DNA from: Callorhinchus milii
Taxonomy: Eukaryota
Direction: 5' to 3'
Length of the DNA stretch: 64,000 nt
Assembly: GCF_018977255.1 (NCBI RefSeq)
Contig: NW_024704743.1
Location: forward strand, 58,282,001 to 58,346,000
In this document: piece by piece, positions 26,703 to 39,436 of the stretch
Position numbering within the stretch: the stretch's first letter is position 1
Layout: every line of letters starts with the position of its first letter
Position numbers and translations under genes: made by a program
Notes under the pieces: generated by a model
Seen by the model: the letters and a program-made list of their open reading frames with translations, nothing else
The model's database searches: none
What the model was told of the DNA's origin: nothing

Positions 26703-27018
26703 GGAGTCCTGTAGCTCAGTGGTTAGAGCACTCGCTTTGCAAGCGAGAGACCTGAGTTCAATTTCAGGCAGGGCGAAACCTTGGGCAAGTTTCCTTACTC
26801 CACACACCTAATAATAATCGCTCCAAAAGCCAAAAACAATAATAAATTGGTCATTTTCAACCTACGACTGTTTGTGGGACATTGCTGTGCACAATTGGCT
26901 GCCGCATTCGCTTACAAATATACAGTCAATTCACTTTACAGTGTGTTCTGTGAAGCGCTTTGGGACGTCCTCCTGACGTGAAAAGCGTTATATCAAATGC
27001 AAGGATTATTATTATTAT
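26703..27018 (+). mobile_element. Young tRNA-Ala-derived SINE, short variant lacking part of the CORE-like block
   Basis: GGAGTCCTGTAGCTCAGTGGTTAGAGCACTCGCTTTGCAAGCGAG (TGC anticodon-like loop); L2 tail gggacgtcctcctgacgtgaaaagcg; (TTA)n end. Confidence 0.9.
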
Positions 27019-27120
27019 CCGTATTTAATATTGTAGTTCATCTTCTTTGCAGCTGCATATCAGCTTTGATATCTCCAATCCTGTTCCTTTGCTTGTATCT
27101 ATGTTTATATTAAGATCTCT

Positions 27121-27500
27121 GCCTGGCTCAGTTAGTAACACTCTCACCTCTGAATCAAAAGGTTGTGGGTTCAAGCCCTATGCTGAGATTTTGAAATCAG
27201 AATCTAAGCTGATGTGCCAATGGTGTGCTGTACTGTCACCGGTGCCATCCTTTGGATGAAACATTACACAGAGGTCCAGTCTGCCTGTTCAGGTGGATGT
27301 TAAAGATCCTATGGCCCAATTCAAAGGGCAAAGGGAATTTGGTCTGGTATCCTGGCCAACAACCTGCAAAATAAAATTTGTCATTACTTCATGGCTTTTG
27401 TGGGACATTGCATGTGCATTCACCTCCAAAATACAAAATCACTACATTTTAGTGTAAATTCTGTCAAGTACTTTGAGATGTCCTCCCGACTTGTACAATA
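27121..27500 (+). mobile_element. Near full-length Deu-domain SINE
   Basis: cctggctcagttagtaacactctcacctctgaatcaaaaggttgtgggttcaagccc, then ctgcctgttcaggtggatgttaaagatcc. Confidence 0.85.
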
Positions 27501-28190
27501 TTAAATGAATAAATTAACATTGCAGGAAAATAGCAGGGATTAAATACTTGCGGCAATATTTGTTAGAATTATTACCTAACAATGATTCAGACTCACATTG
27601 TTGCAGTGTAGTCAGCTTTTTTATGTAACTCTGAGATGAAAATGAAATAAGTGGCTTCCAATTTAAGATAGAATTTTAGAATTTTGTCCAATCTTGAATT
27701 TTAAAACATAACATCTGGGGTGGAATGAGCTGGAAAGTGAGATTAATCAGAGCAACTTNAAAAACAGAGAGAGTAAAGGTAGAGTATTGATAGATTGAGC
27801 AGCTTGCTGTGTGGAAAATACGTATATTCTTGTTACAGGATTGTCAACCTTAGTATGAGTCTCAGTGTGCCATTAAAATAACTGGCCATCCTAAGGTGTA
27901 CACCATTCCCTGTATCTCGCCTCAGTCTAAGAGGTCATTTTTAAACTGTGTTTGCTGAGTGCACGTAACAAGACTGCTCTGAATTTACAATCCAATTGCT
28001 GCAGTCGCTAAGAGCACAGTTATTCAATTTATGGACTTGTTTGGAGACTGGATTAAAGCATGTCTTGCTCGCTTAATGCAGAGTACAAACATCATTATTA
28101 ATAAATTAGCAATTTTGATAAACAAAAAAATGTGGGCATTATTCAGCTTTAACACTGCCTGAGAAATACCTGAAATGATTAACAACACCC

Positions 28191-28472
28191 TTTTTTATAG
28201 CTTGTGTGCCTGGCAATACCTTATCAGTGAGGCACAGATGGTCCATAAATATAAAATAATAAATACAAAGTTGATAATTGTATTTCAAAGTGTGGTTCAC
28301 CGAAGCAATAAGAAATGTAATTCAGTCAATGGGGAGAAAAAATATCCTAAATAAAAATAATTCATTTCTTCCGCACTTTTAAGATGATCCTTTCAAATGA
28401 TATTCATCTAAGCCAGACATCTGAACACAATTAAATTTTGAATTGCAAAAAAAGATTTAAATGTTTGTAAAA
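28191..28472 (+). repeat. Diverged non-coding paralog, copy B (pairs with 13958-14234)
   Basis: Shares tggtccataaatataaaata exactly, plus collinear flanking blocks. Confidence 0.8.
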
Positions 28473-29414
28473 ACGATTTTTTATTTCCATAAAGAGATGC
28501 AGCAAAAACATGATTGCTTTGTGGTGACGTTTGATTTTAAATCCTCTTGGACGATACTTATTCTTGTCCCTATAAGTGATGGTTGATTAAAATTTTGGAT
28601 TATCTTTGAGCTCATCCATCGATTATCAGACATAATCTGCTTAAATAAAATGTTCCGTGTATTACCTTGGGAGTTGATGTTTGAAAGAAACAAGATCAGA
28701 TTTTGGATTGCTTTACAATAATCTGTCGTGATTATTGTCTGATTTGTGTGAGTGAGGTATGGTAGCAGGTTTCTAAACTCAATATAACATATCATGTTCA
28801 ATGCAGTTTTAATTTGTATTCCATCTCCTGTGTGGTGTGGCAAAGCCAGGAGTTGGGTGAATCTGTTACTTTTAATGGACTTGCAATCAATGACTGTAGG
28901 GCAGTGGTGTCACTGTGATGAATTACTATGACTGCCTCAGGTAGATAGATGCCTGGGATGCTGCAGTCCAGTAGCAGTCTCGTCACTGAAAACCGACAGA
29001 TGGGACTGAAAAATATGAAGGTAAATTGGGGAAAGTTGCAACTGCAGCTAAATCAGAGTTAAAACATGTAATTGATTTGAGATTAAATGAGGTCAAAATT
29101 CGTTTGAAACTATACTGTTTTCTTTGAATGGCATGCCTTTTTACCCTTTTCCTATTCCAGGTACAGAAAAAATTAACACTTTGCAATTTTCCTTTCTTTC
29201 CACTGAATGCAGTCCTCACATCCACCACATTGCCCAGATAACAAGGTCTATCTCAAGATGGTGGCACTTTCAGTCATCTTTCTCCTCCCTCCGTAACCCC
29301 CTTTGTTCCCACCATCAACTGCGGTGCCAGACGAGTACTGTTAGGTGCTTTGCAATGCCCTCCCAATGTGAAAGGCACAATATAAATACAAATTTAAAGT
29401 GTATTGTAGATACT

Positions 29415-29570
29415 ACATAAGAACATAAGAATTAGGAGCAGGAATAGGCCATTCAGACCCTCGAGCCTGCCCCACCATTCGATAAGATCATGGCTGATCT
29501 TCAGACCTAACTCTAATTACCTGCCCTATCCCCATATCCCCTAATCCCTCTGTTTTTTAAAAATCTGATA
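29415..29570 (-). mobile_element. CR1-clade 3' end (HER1/HE1-like tail)
   Basis: acataagaacataagaattaggagcaggaataggccattcagaccctcgagcctg...aagatcatggctgatct; family name from recall. Confidence 0.75.
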
Positions 29571-30984
29571 CTGATACAAAATCTTTACTTTCCTTCAGAA
29601 CTATGCTGAAAAGTGGTCCAGAAAGGGTCCGCTGGTCATTCTTGACTTTGAATGTCAGCCACATCCCAATGCAGGTTAAGTTTGTGCCATACCAGACGTG
29701 TGCCCAAACAGTTCTCCCTCATGGGTCCAAGTTCCTCCTCCAGGCATGCAATGAAAGGGCTTCCTTCAGCCGGAACCTCAGGGCTGAGGTAGATTTGTGG
29801 TAAAAAACAGTCAGAGGGTTAGTGAAGGGAGGGCTATTATCTACAGTGACTTGTTGCAGAACACCACAGAAGTAGATTTGACTTCATGGTGGGCATGTCT
29901 CTTTGTCACATGAGGAACTGGGTTAAGCATAAAGTGATGAGTAAACCTGATATTAATTGGCCACATTGGTGTTTCAGTTCACTATAGTGCATTAAACCTA
30001 ACTCAGAATATGCAAGTGGCTTAGGCACCAGAGAAAATATCTTTAAAACCCAGAATGTAATAATCCACTTGAGTTAAAGGATAGTAAAATCACCACTACT
30101 CTGAATATGTGCTCTCTGCTCACTTGTCATTTTAATGAAGTCTTGGCTCTGCCTATTTGTGCTGAAAACCAGTTAGCTAAATTGAGTACAAGATGGTAAT
30201 ACAGCAAAATAGTTTGCGTTCAGGGATTATTTTAATAGATAGATAGGAATACTTCTTCCAAGGTACAGACTATGGCCAAGTCTCAACAGAAGTTTGTCTG
30301 TCTACATACCGAGGAAGGTTTCTCCTGGACTCTGCTTTTATTTGCCCCAGTAATAGAGCTATTAACCCAGATAATAAGAGATCATCCATCCAGATGTCAC
30401 CATAATGAAAGCACTTTATATAGGTGATTATTGCTTTTTATTACTAAACCCCAGTGATCTATTCCAAAATTACTACAAATCATTCATCAATATAATGAGA
30501 TCTATGGATGCAACATTAATCTGGATTAGGATCAGGTCATTTCTTTGGCATTGTCCAGAGTTAGGTTGAGGATCTCTATTTTTTCAAACATAATTGCAAG
30601 GTTTGAGATATCAAGGCACTTTTGTTATAAACTTCCTTTATGACCTCTTTAAACACAATTACACAAAACTAACACTGGTTAAACAGGACCTAGAATATTG
30701 AATGAATTTACACATCTTTCTATCGAGAAGGGTAAATATAGTCAAAATGGAAGTTCCCACAGTTTATTTGTTTTTGTGGTCTACCACCTGTCCTTCCCCA
30801 CCAGAGCTTCTCTTACTCTGGTAATAGTTCACAAAATTAACTTGGAATATTAGACTTACTTAAAAAATGCTTGGAAAAGAAAAATGAGAGGGTGCTGGCC
30901 GATCTGAGATCCTATTAGGCATCTTGAATCTACAAACATATTTTACAATTGAATTCTCATCAGCTAATTGCCTTGTTTGGAATG

Positions 30985-31310
30985 AGGACTTTGAACTCAG
31001 ACTCTAGGCTGACACTCCAATACAGTGTTGGGGCAATGCTGCGTTGTTAGAGGTGCGGTTCTCCAAATGAGACATTCAACCAAGGTTCAGTCTGATAGTT
31101 CGAGTGCACTTTAAAGATACTGTGGCACTATTTGAAAAGATAAGGGAGTTATTCACAATGTCGTGGCCAACAATTACCCAGATAAAATTGGTCATTCACT
31201 TCATGACTGTTTGGGGACATTTCTAAGGGCAAATTGGCTGCTGCATTCACCCACAAATACAGACACTACACTTTTACAATATATCCTGTGAAGCGTCTTG
31301 AGATATTTGA
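30985..31310 (+). mobile_element. Deu-domain SINE, headless
   Basis: ctaggctgacactccaatacagtg...gaggtgcgg...atgagacattcaaccaagg...tggcactatttgaaaag. Confidence 0.75.
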
Positions 31311-31771
31311 CAATGTGTCAAGATGAAGGGAGAGAAAGAGTCGATGCAGTTCCGGAAAGTGGGGGCCAAGTGGCTGAATGCTTTGGGTTGGGAACATCAA
31401 ACAGGCTGGTGCTCACTGAGCAATGGGAGGGCCCTGTAAGTGACGTGAACACATTGGTGGACATTAGGCTCTTGGAGATACCTGGGTTAATAACTCAGGA
31501 GAGAATACCCCCCACCACACACACTCCCAACAATTTTGTCCCAAATCGCGAATCGCTGCAACAACTGAGCTGATCAGCAGTGCTTTTGATCCTGTCTCTA
31601 CGATCACCTGAGCATTTCAGTGTCGGTTCAGGAAATACTGTACTATTTAATTCAACTATGAAAAGAAAATGTTAACTAAATCTCTGTTTCCCTATTCTGG
31701 TAATTCAGGTGGATATAAAACAAAATCCTACGGTTTTAAAGATGAGTAGAGATTTCTCCAGGTATATTAAC

Positions 31772-32118
31772 AATAATAATAATAATCCTGGCATTTGATA
31801 TAGTGCTTTATGAGATCTTTGAGATGTCTCAATGCACTTCACAGAATATACTGTAAAATGAATTGACTGTATATTTTGTGGGCGAAACGTGGCAGCCAAT
31901 TGTGCACAGCAGTATCCCACAAACAGTGGTGGATTGAATGTTTTTTTAGACATTATTACCCCCAGAAAAGTGATCTGCTAATCAACTAACAACCAGGTTC
32001 CTACTTCCTGCTAGGTAAACAGAAGCGGGTGGAGTAAGGAAATTTGCCTAACATTTCGCTCTGCCTGGGTCCTCTTGCTTATGAGGTGAGTGCTCTAACC
32101 AATATGCTGCAGGACTCC
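31772..32118 (-). mobile_element. SINE2-1_CM-like SINE
   Basis: Head on + as gagtgctctaacc...caggactcc; CORE-like block ctgctaggtaaacagaagc; (TAA)n tail. Confidence 0.85.
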
Positions 32119-32494
32119 ACATATTGACAGTTGCTCATTCATTTCAGAATAATAATGGGATATATTAGCACATTTTTCATTCTTACATATTTTTACTCTT
32201 GCCAATGTTTCTCCTTCAATTTACTCCCCCTCCCAGGCTTCTTTTTCAGTTGTGCACATTTCCACAGGTACCTGGGATCTCTGGTACCTAAGCCATATAT
32301 CCATTGTTCATGTGATTATGGTTGTTGTCAGGTCATTCAGGCAAAATAGATTGAATATCCAAACTTACACTTGTCCTCACTCAATGTGCATATGTGTGGA
32401 TGTTCCAGCAGAGGTCACTAGATAGTGAGCAGGAATTTAGGTTGATTTCACCTCCCTGATTCAGGGATGGTAAAGCCAATTGTAATGCCACATC

Positions 32495-32975
32495 TTAGCT
32501 CAGTTGGTAGCACTCTCTTATCTGAGTCAAAAAGGTTGGGGGTTCAAGTTCCATGTCCGGACATAAGTTCATAATCTATGCTGACACTTCAGTGCAGTAC
32601 TGGGAGTGCTGCATTCTTGGAGAATTACATAGAATTACGTTCAGCAATGAAACAGGCCACTCAGCCCAAATAGTTAGAACCAGTGTTTATATTCCACATG
32701 AATTTCCACCGAATCTTTACTCTCTCCTGTACCCTCCCATTCCTCTCTCCTACATGTGAAGGTCTGGCTTCCTTTAGAATCTATCTAATACTATCTGATT
32801 CAACCACCGCTTTGGGCAATGAGTTCCACAGTCTCATTACCCTCTGTGTGAAGTAGTTCTTTCTAAAGATGCTGCCCTTTCAGGTCTAATGTTAAATAAG
32901 CTCCCATCTAGTTGTTCATCAGGTAGACTTTGAACATGGAAAAGAGAAGGGAGTTTCTCAGAGTATCCTGGCCCT
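32495..32975 (+). mobile_element. Deu-domain SINE split by a CR1 3' fragment (-, about 32620-32865)
   Basis: Head gctcagttggtagcactctc...gggttcaagtt; the Deu core resumes near 32866 (agatgctgccctttcagg). Confidence 0.7.
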
Positions 32976-33431
32976 ATCAGGTTTATTGTCATTTACATGT
33001 GTTCAAGATGGCTCCAGTAAAATAACAATAATAACCTTACATTTGGGATAGCGCCTTTCATGTCAGAAGGATATCTCAAAGCACTTCATAGGATATATTA
33101 TAAAGTCTAGTGACTGTATACTTTGTAAGTGAAAGTACCTTACCTATACTTGACCACAATTTACTGTGAAGCCTTGAGGCGTTTTGACATGATAAAATGC
33201 TATTTATGTCAAATCTACAAGGAATAACACTGCACCAGCTCAGATTCACCAACTCACCAGACTGGTATTCGGACCTGTACCAAGGCAACAACAAACCTAG
33301 GTTTATTACAAACGATTGGAAAGTTTGGAGTCTTACACTTTATCTCTCGAATGGATGTTCATTCGTCATATTCTTTTACAAGTCCTGGGTTTTGAAGAGA
33401 AAATGTTATTACGTTTTCTATATCATATTGT

Positions 33432-33720
33432 GGAGTCCTGTAGCTTAGTGGTTAGAGCACTCGCTTCGCAGTAAGAGACCTGGGTTCGATTCATGGTTGT
33501 TAGTCAATTGTCAGATCGCATTCCGGTGGGTAATAATGCCTTCAAAAAAAATTTGGTCACTCAATGCACGACTGTTTGTGCGACACTGCTGTGTGCAATT
33601 GGCTGCCGTATTTTGCCCACAAATATAAAGTCAATTCAATTTATAATATATTCTGTGAAGCACTTTGAGACATCTAGAAGATGTGAAAAGCACATTATCA
33701 AATGCAAGGATCATTATTAT
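33432..33720 (+). mobile_element. SINE2-1_CM-like SINE with an internal deletion
   Basis: ggagtcctgtagcttagtggttagagcactcgc...gggttcgattc joins almost directly to ggttgttagtcaattg. Confidence 0.85.
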
Positions 33721-34074
33721 CTGACTCCTGCTTATGCTGCAGATGGCAAGTGCAGTATTCATATATATTCGTTCTGTCTTTCTGCAACTCTTGTATTTTT
33801 TATTGCACTTCTTAAAACGTTTCTGTTGTGTCAGCCAATAAACATATTCTATTGCTTAAATAGCTCACTTTTTAATTATGAATGAATCACATTCTGTTTT
33901 CATAGTTGTAAGCACTTGCCAATTAGATTACGATTGGGTTTGGCTATGCTACTAATCTCTACTTAATAGTTTTTTTATAAAGTTGCTTTATTGAACTGGT
34001 ATTTTTGATTTCAACTTTCAGTAGGAGATGTGACTACCTGGAAAAGCTTTTTTCTTGTTTCATATAATTTTTTT

Positions 34075-34355
34075 GGTCAGCCGGGTATCTGACACATGCA
34101 GAAACCCATTATCATGCTTAACGGTATCCAAACCAATCTGAGAATTCCATGCATCCCACCTTCACATGGAAATTCCCAGAGATATTTATTAGGATGGAAT
34201 GCGCGCACTCTGTCATTGTAGGGACACATCCTGCTTACCTAATTCCGGACTGTATTAAGTGCAGGTTGATAAGAACCAAGGCTTGGGGCCCCCAGAGTGT
34301 GTGTTGGAGTCCTGCTGGAATCTAATCAGCTACAAACGCATAGCTAGCCTTTGAG
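34075..34355 (+). repeat. Unclassified interspersed repeat (family X), longest copy
   Basis: Matches 12286-12540 (+), about 1195-1248 (-), 11698-11740 (+) and about 19168-19250 (-). Confidence 0.75.
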
Positions 34356-34393
34356 AGGCTAGCTATGCTTTTTTAAGGTGGGATGCATGGAAT

Positions 34394-35476
34394 CCTTTCT
34401 TCCTCATATCCGCGCCACGACTGGCACCGCCTTCCATCACCTCCGGAATATCACCAGACTACGGCACTACCTCACTCCTCACGCTGCTGAAACACTGGTC
34501 CATGCCTTTATCACCTAAAGGCTGGACTATGGGAACCCTCTCCTCGCCGGCCTTCCCGGCACCTCCCTCCACAAGCTGCAGGTCATTCAGAACTCTGCAG
34601 CTCATGTACTGTCCCGCACCAGGCTTCGCAACCACATCACTCCCACCCTTGCTCGCCTCCACTGGCTTCCCATTCCCCAGAGGATTGAATTCAATAATAA
34701 TAATAATAATCCTTGCATTTGATATAGCGCTTTTCACGTCAGGAGGACGTCCCAAAGCGCTTCACAGAACACACTGTAAAGTGAATTGACTATATATTTG
34801 TGAGTGAACGCAGCAGCCAATTGTGCACAGCAATGTCCCACAAACAGTCGTAGATTGAAAATGACCAATTTATTATTGTTTTTGGTTTTGGAGGGATTAT
34901 TATTAGGTGTGTGGAGTAAGGAAACTTGCCCAAGGTTTTGCCCTCTGCCTGGAATTGAACTCGGGTCTCTCACTTGCAAAGCGAGTGCTCTAACCACTGA
35001 GCTACAGGACTTCAAGCTATAGGAATTCAAGATCCTCATCCTCACCTACAAGGCCATTCACAGCCTTGCTCCCTCCTACCTTTCCCACCTACTATCCCCC
35101 TACTATCCCCCTACTTACCTGCTCGTACCCTCTGTTCCTCTGGCTCCGGTCTGCTCCACATCCCCCGCCCTAACCGCCCTACCATCGGTGGCCGGGCCTT
35201 CAGCCTCTCAGCCCCTAGGCTCTGGAACTCCATCCCCCAGTGCCTTCACCTTGCTTCCTCCCTTTTCTCCTTGAAGGCTGGTCTCAAGACCTTTCTCTTT
35301 GACCGTGCCTTCAGCTCCCCTCTTGACTCTCTACCCCCTCCTCGCTCCCTCCCTTCCCTCCCCTCACCCTGACCATTTCTCCCCTGCTCGGGTCCAATCC
35401 AACTGTCCAGCGCCTTGGGATGTCCTCCCGACGTGAAAGGCGCTCTATAAATGAAATCTTGCTGTTGTTGTTGTTG
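34394..35476 (+). mobile_element. Young 5'-truncated L2 carrying a nested SINE
   Basis: Encodes ETLVHAFIT...RLHWLPIPQRIEF|KILILTYK across the insertion; ends with the L2 tail and (TTG)n. Confidence 0.9.
34693..35011 (-). mobile_element. Young tRNA-Ala SINE inserted in L2 with 8-bp TSD GAATTCAA
   Basis: gaattcaa at 34687-34694 and 35023-35030; about 11 bp of extra sequence lies between the SINE head and the TSD. Confidence 0.9.
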
Positions 35477-35788
35477 AGAGTACTGTTTGGCAAGCTTTCC
35501 TGCTACTTGTCCAGCTAGGACCACTCAACCCATCAGAGATTTGGCTTGCAGACTTAGCAGGAGCTCAATGGGAAGATCCCAATGCCAATGACTGATCTGC
35601 CCTTCAAAAGCCCTGCATATTTTAGACTTACTTGCAATTGGAAAACTTTTCAAGCTCAAATGTATAATTCACTGCCTAGAAGTTCCATTTGGCACAGAAG
35701 GAAATCAAATTTGTGATATGGCTTCAGGACTTCAACATTGAGAACAGCTACTTTTGGGGTGAAGAGGAAAGCAGAGAGGGAGGAAGTC
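34693..35788. repeat. Inverted duplication 1, left arm (probable donor)
   Basis: Position p pairs with 88917-p; identical ORFs at 35246-35524 (-) and 53393-53671 (+); includes about 310 bp of non-repeat DNA. Confidence 0.97.
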
Positions 35789-38700
35789 AACCTCCCACAT
35801 ATGAGATGCCTCAACAATAAGGTGCTATTCAAGGATTATTATATGTATTATATTGCCTAGAAATTCAAATTCAATAGTTGAAGAATGTTCCCAAAGCTTT
35901 CCACTGTGTTAGTAGACTAATCCATACCGAATTAATTGCTCTGAACATTTCTATTATTGTAGCATGCCACTACTAGGATGGTAGAAGACTGAATAAATGA
36001 ACCTTGGTCATTTTTCATCTAGCAATTCCTGTGTTCCTATATCTTAATTTTAGACCCAAAGTTAGTTCTTACTAGAGGGTTTCACATCTATCAGCTAAAA
36101 ATTAGTTTTTCTTTCATTTTAGATGTTTACTGTAAGTCATCTGGCACTGAGGTCATCATTCAGTTTTGTTCCACATTAAGGGCCATTCTGGTGGCCTAAC
36201 ACCAAGTGAAAGATGTGCCAAACAATCCTGATCCTGAATGTGGAATTCATAACCCAGAAGAGTGCTAATGGCTTTTTATCAAAGTTTTAATGAGCTTAAG
36301 TACACAAAGTCTTTATTTTGCTGCTGGCAAAGACCAATTGTAAACAATAACTCTTGGCTTCCCATTCCTTTCTAAATACATACGTACCCTGCCAAGGTTG
36401 TTAACTTTAGTGCCCGGTGGAATATCATTGCTAAAATGTCACAGTAAAAGCTTTGCAGTATATAAGAGGTTTCAAATGGTAAAACAGAGGTATCAAATAT
36501 TTATACCCAGTAGTGTAGTATTTCAGGCTTTTTGAGTAAATGGATAGTAGATTTAATTAGTGGAACCTTCAAAGCCTGATAGCTTTTCCTGATAAGCTTT
36601 GATGATAGGCTTTGAGAAAATAATAAATTATGGAATACTTTGCCTGGGAAAGCTGCTAGAGCAGACAATATTGGGGCATTTAAAAAAGAAATAGACAAGC
36701 ACATTGCAGAGGAAGGGTATTAGAGAGCATGGGGAAAGTGCGGGGATTTGCGATCAGGGTGGGTGACTTCTTGGAAGAGCAAACTTTAACATGAAATAGT
36801 GGGCCATCACACACGTCTATTGTTCTATGATTAAGAAGAGTACCAACATCTATCTTATTAGCACCATAGAAAAGTCACAATATGGCTAGTGTTCATTTAG
36901 CTCATTGCAGACCTGAGCAGAAATAATATAATTTGTTTTGTTTCTCCCATTATCTGTTTCATCAAAACAAAACAACAACAGCTGAATTTATGCAGCACCC
37001 TTTGTGTATGATAATATTTTGGAGCATTTCATTATGTCAGCTTGGCAAAGGAGAGAGAGAAAGGAATAAAGTGACTCTAGTTGCAGTCAAATTAGTAGGT
37101 TTTTAGGAGGGTTTTAAAGACAGATAGAGAGGGGACAATATGGAGGTTAGGAACATAGTTGCTGAAGTCTCAGCCATTGATGGTGATGCTGAGGAGATGG
37201 AGGACAAGCAGAAGAACGAGAGAGGAGAAGATCTTAGTGATAGGGAAGTGCTCTGGCATGAAAAGACTTATAGGCAAGGGTGAGGACCTTGACGTTCATC
37301 CGTTGGGAGTCAGGGAGCCAGTGGAGCTTGCTGAGAACTGTGGTGATTGGTGTAAAATTTAGTGCGGGTGAAACTAAGTTGTCAACATCTTAGAGTCTCT
37401 ATGCCAGTTGCAGAAAATAAGCTGCAGCACTAAAGTCCCATCTTATTTGATATGGTAACTTACAGTATTTTGTGGATGAATGTCATATCACAATTGAAAT
37501 AAATGCATTCAATGTTTTCAAATCCCCTTTTCCTTTACACTGTTGGATCTACATTGTTTCTACTCCTCATTGAGCTAAACATGATAATGGCCATGTAACA
37601 ACTCCAGTATGTTGCCACAAGAAGCCACTTTTTGGAACATGTTGGCACAGACCAATGTAATGCTGAAAATTGATGAAAATTATGGTGGTACATTGAGGTC
37701 CTAACGTTAGTTAATAGTGTAGTACTAGCAAGTAAATTGCAATCTGCTCAACCATTTTCTTGTACTGCTATTAATTTCATTTTATATTATTCGACAAAAG
37801 CATTTGGGTTCTAAAGGCACATACATGAAAATTCTGAAACATAAAAGTCATATGGTCTTCAGTATTCTACTGCATTTGACAATTTTTCCCAGTGAATGCT
37901 TTATCATTCTGATGCATTGTACAATAATGTAAAGGAGATTGGTAACATTCAAAGGAATCTGTACACAATAAGAAGATAATAGTGGCTGGATTTTAATGTA
38001 TTAGATGTGAAGTAAAGCACTTTAGAGCAGGGAAAATGAAAAATGAATTTACAATGAATGGGAGGCCACTATAGCAGAAAAGAATTTGAGTGTGATTACC
38101 CCCTATTCACTGCAAGTATCTTACCAATGTAAAGTTACTGTGTCTCAATGGCAATTGATTCCAAGTTACAATAGGTTATTTGTCCCTGTATAACAGTTAT
38201 TTGTCCCTGTATAAGTCAGTGGTGAGGTTGCATTTAGAATATAGGCTATATTAAACATCTTACTTTCAAATGGATATTGATGAATTGGAAAGAGTCCAGA
38301 GAAGACTAGTAACAGTGATTACAGAAGCTAGGGCTTTAAATTACAGTTATGATGAAAGACTTTCAGAGGTGATCTTGTTAGCTTTGGGAAAAGAAGTTTA
38401 AGAGGAGATATAATACAGAATGTATTATTAGTTTAGTCTTCTATCTTCAAACAATGTGACTCATAAAATGTATGGATACAAAAAGTAACTTACTTAATTG
38501 TGATCACAAAGCCAAAGGAAACAAATTAAACATTTACAAACTTTAAGTGAGCCCAGAGATTTCCGCTCCGAATAGCAGATAAACTCCCAAACAAAAATGT
38601 TGAATCCCATGATAAATAGCTCTTTTAAAAGTAATAGCTGGAGAAATATCTGTTTCTGAATGGGATCAAAGGTTGAAAGGATAAAGCTTAAACCATGGCT

Positions 38701-39436
38701 TGCTGAGAGAGTTGCAGAATTCCTCACAGAACAACTGCCATTATAAGGATATTGGGGATATTCCACCTGGGTCTTGATTTACTCTTATTGAGTAGCAATT
38801 GAGAGAATCCAGAATTTGGCAAATTCTTAAATACAGATGATTTTCTGTACAATACAATACAAACTTACATTTATAATACGCCTTTCAAGTCAGAAGGATG
38901 TGTCAAGTTCTTTTGAGAACCACAAAAAAACTGAATTGAAGAAATTCAGAACACTCTAAAAAGCTGCAGAAATAGAGTAAATCTAATAGCCATATGGAAA
39001 TTCTCCCCAATCTATGGCTCTAGTTTGACATAAAACATCTTAGTTATTTTGTTCCTGTAGAAATGAAATTGGAATGAGAAAACAAGCTTGGTCCTTGTTG
39101 ATCCTTTGAAATCTAAATCATATTAATATCTGATAGAATGAAGTAATTAAACAAAAATCGCCCAGCAATGTTTTTGTGTGGAATGAGTAGGTCAATGAAA
39201 AATGAAATTTTTTAATTGGTATAATAACCCCCACACAGCTAGCCATCAATCACGTGGACTGCAGGGAATTTGTCACTGATGAAATTTTTATTTTGTGCAA
39301 ATCATATTAATACATAATTAATAGAACAGCCACATTTCTTTTAAAGTTCTACATTGGCTGCAAACATTTTACAAAGTCTTCACCTTTTGCTAATTTAGTC
39401 TGGAAAGTTTCATTTAAAACAAATGATAAGCCTAAT

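Noticed and set aside
26703..26775. tRNA-Ala(TGC) gene (also at 2191, 33432, 53906 and the minus-strand equivalents)
   Set aside because: Each head continues into a SINE body and an L2-type tail, and the acceptor stem is not intact. These are SINE heads, not tRNA genes.
38175..38214. 21-bp-period tandem duplication
   Set aside because: A routine slippage duplication inside a decayed CR1 fragment.
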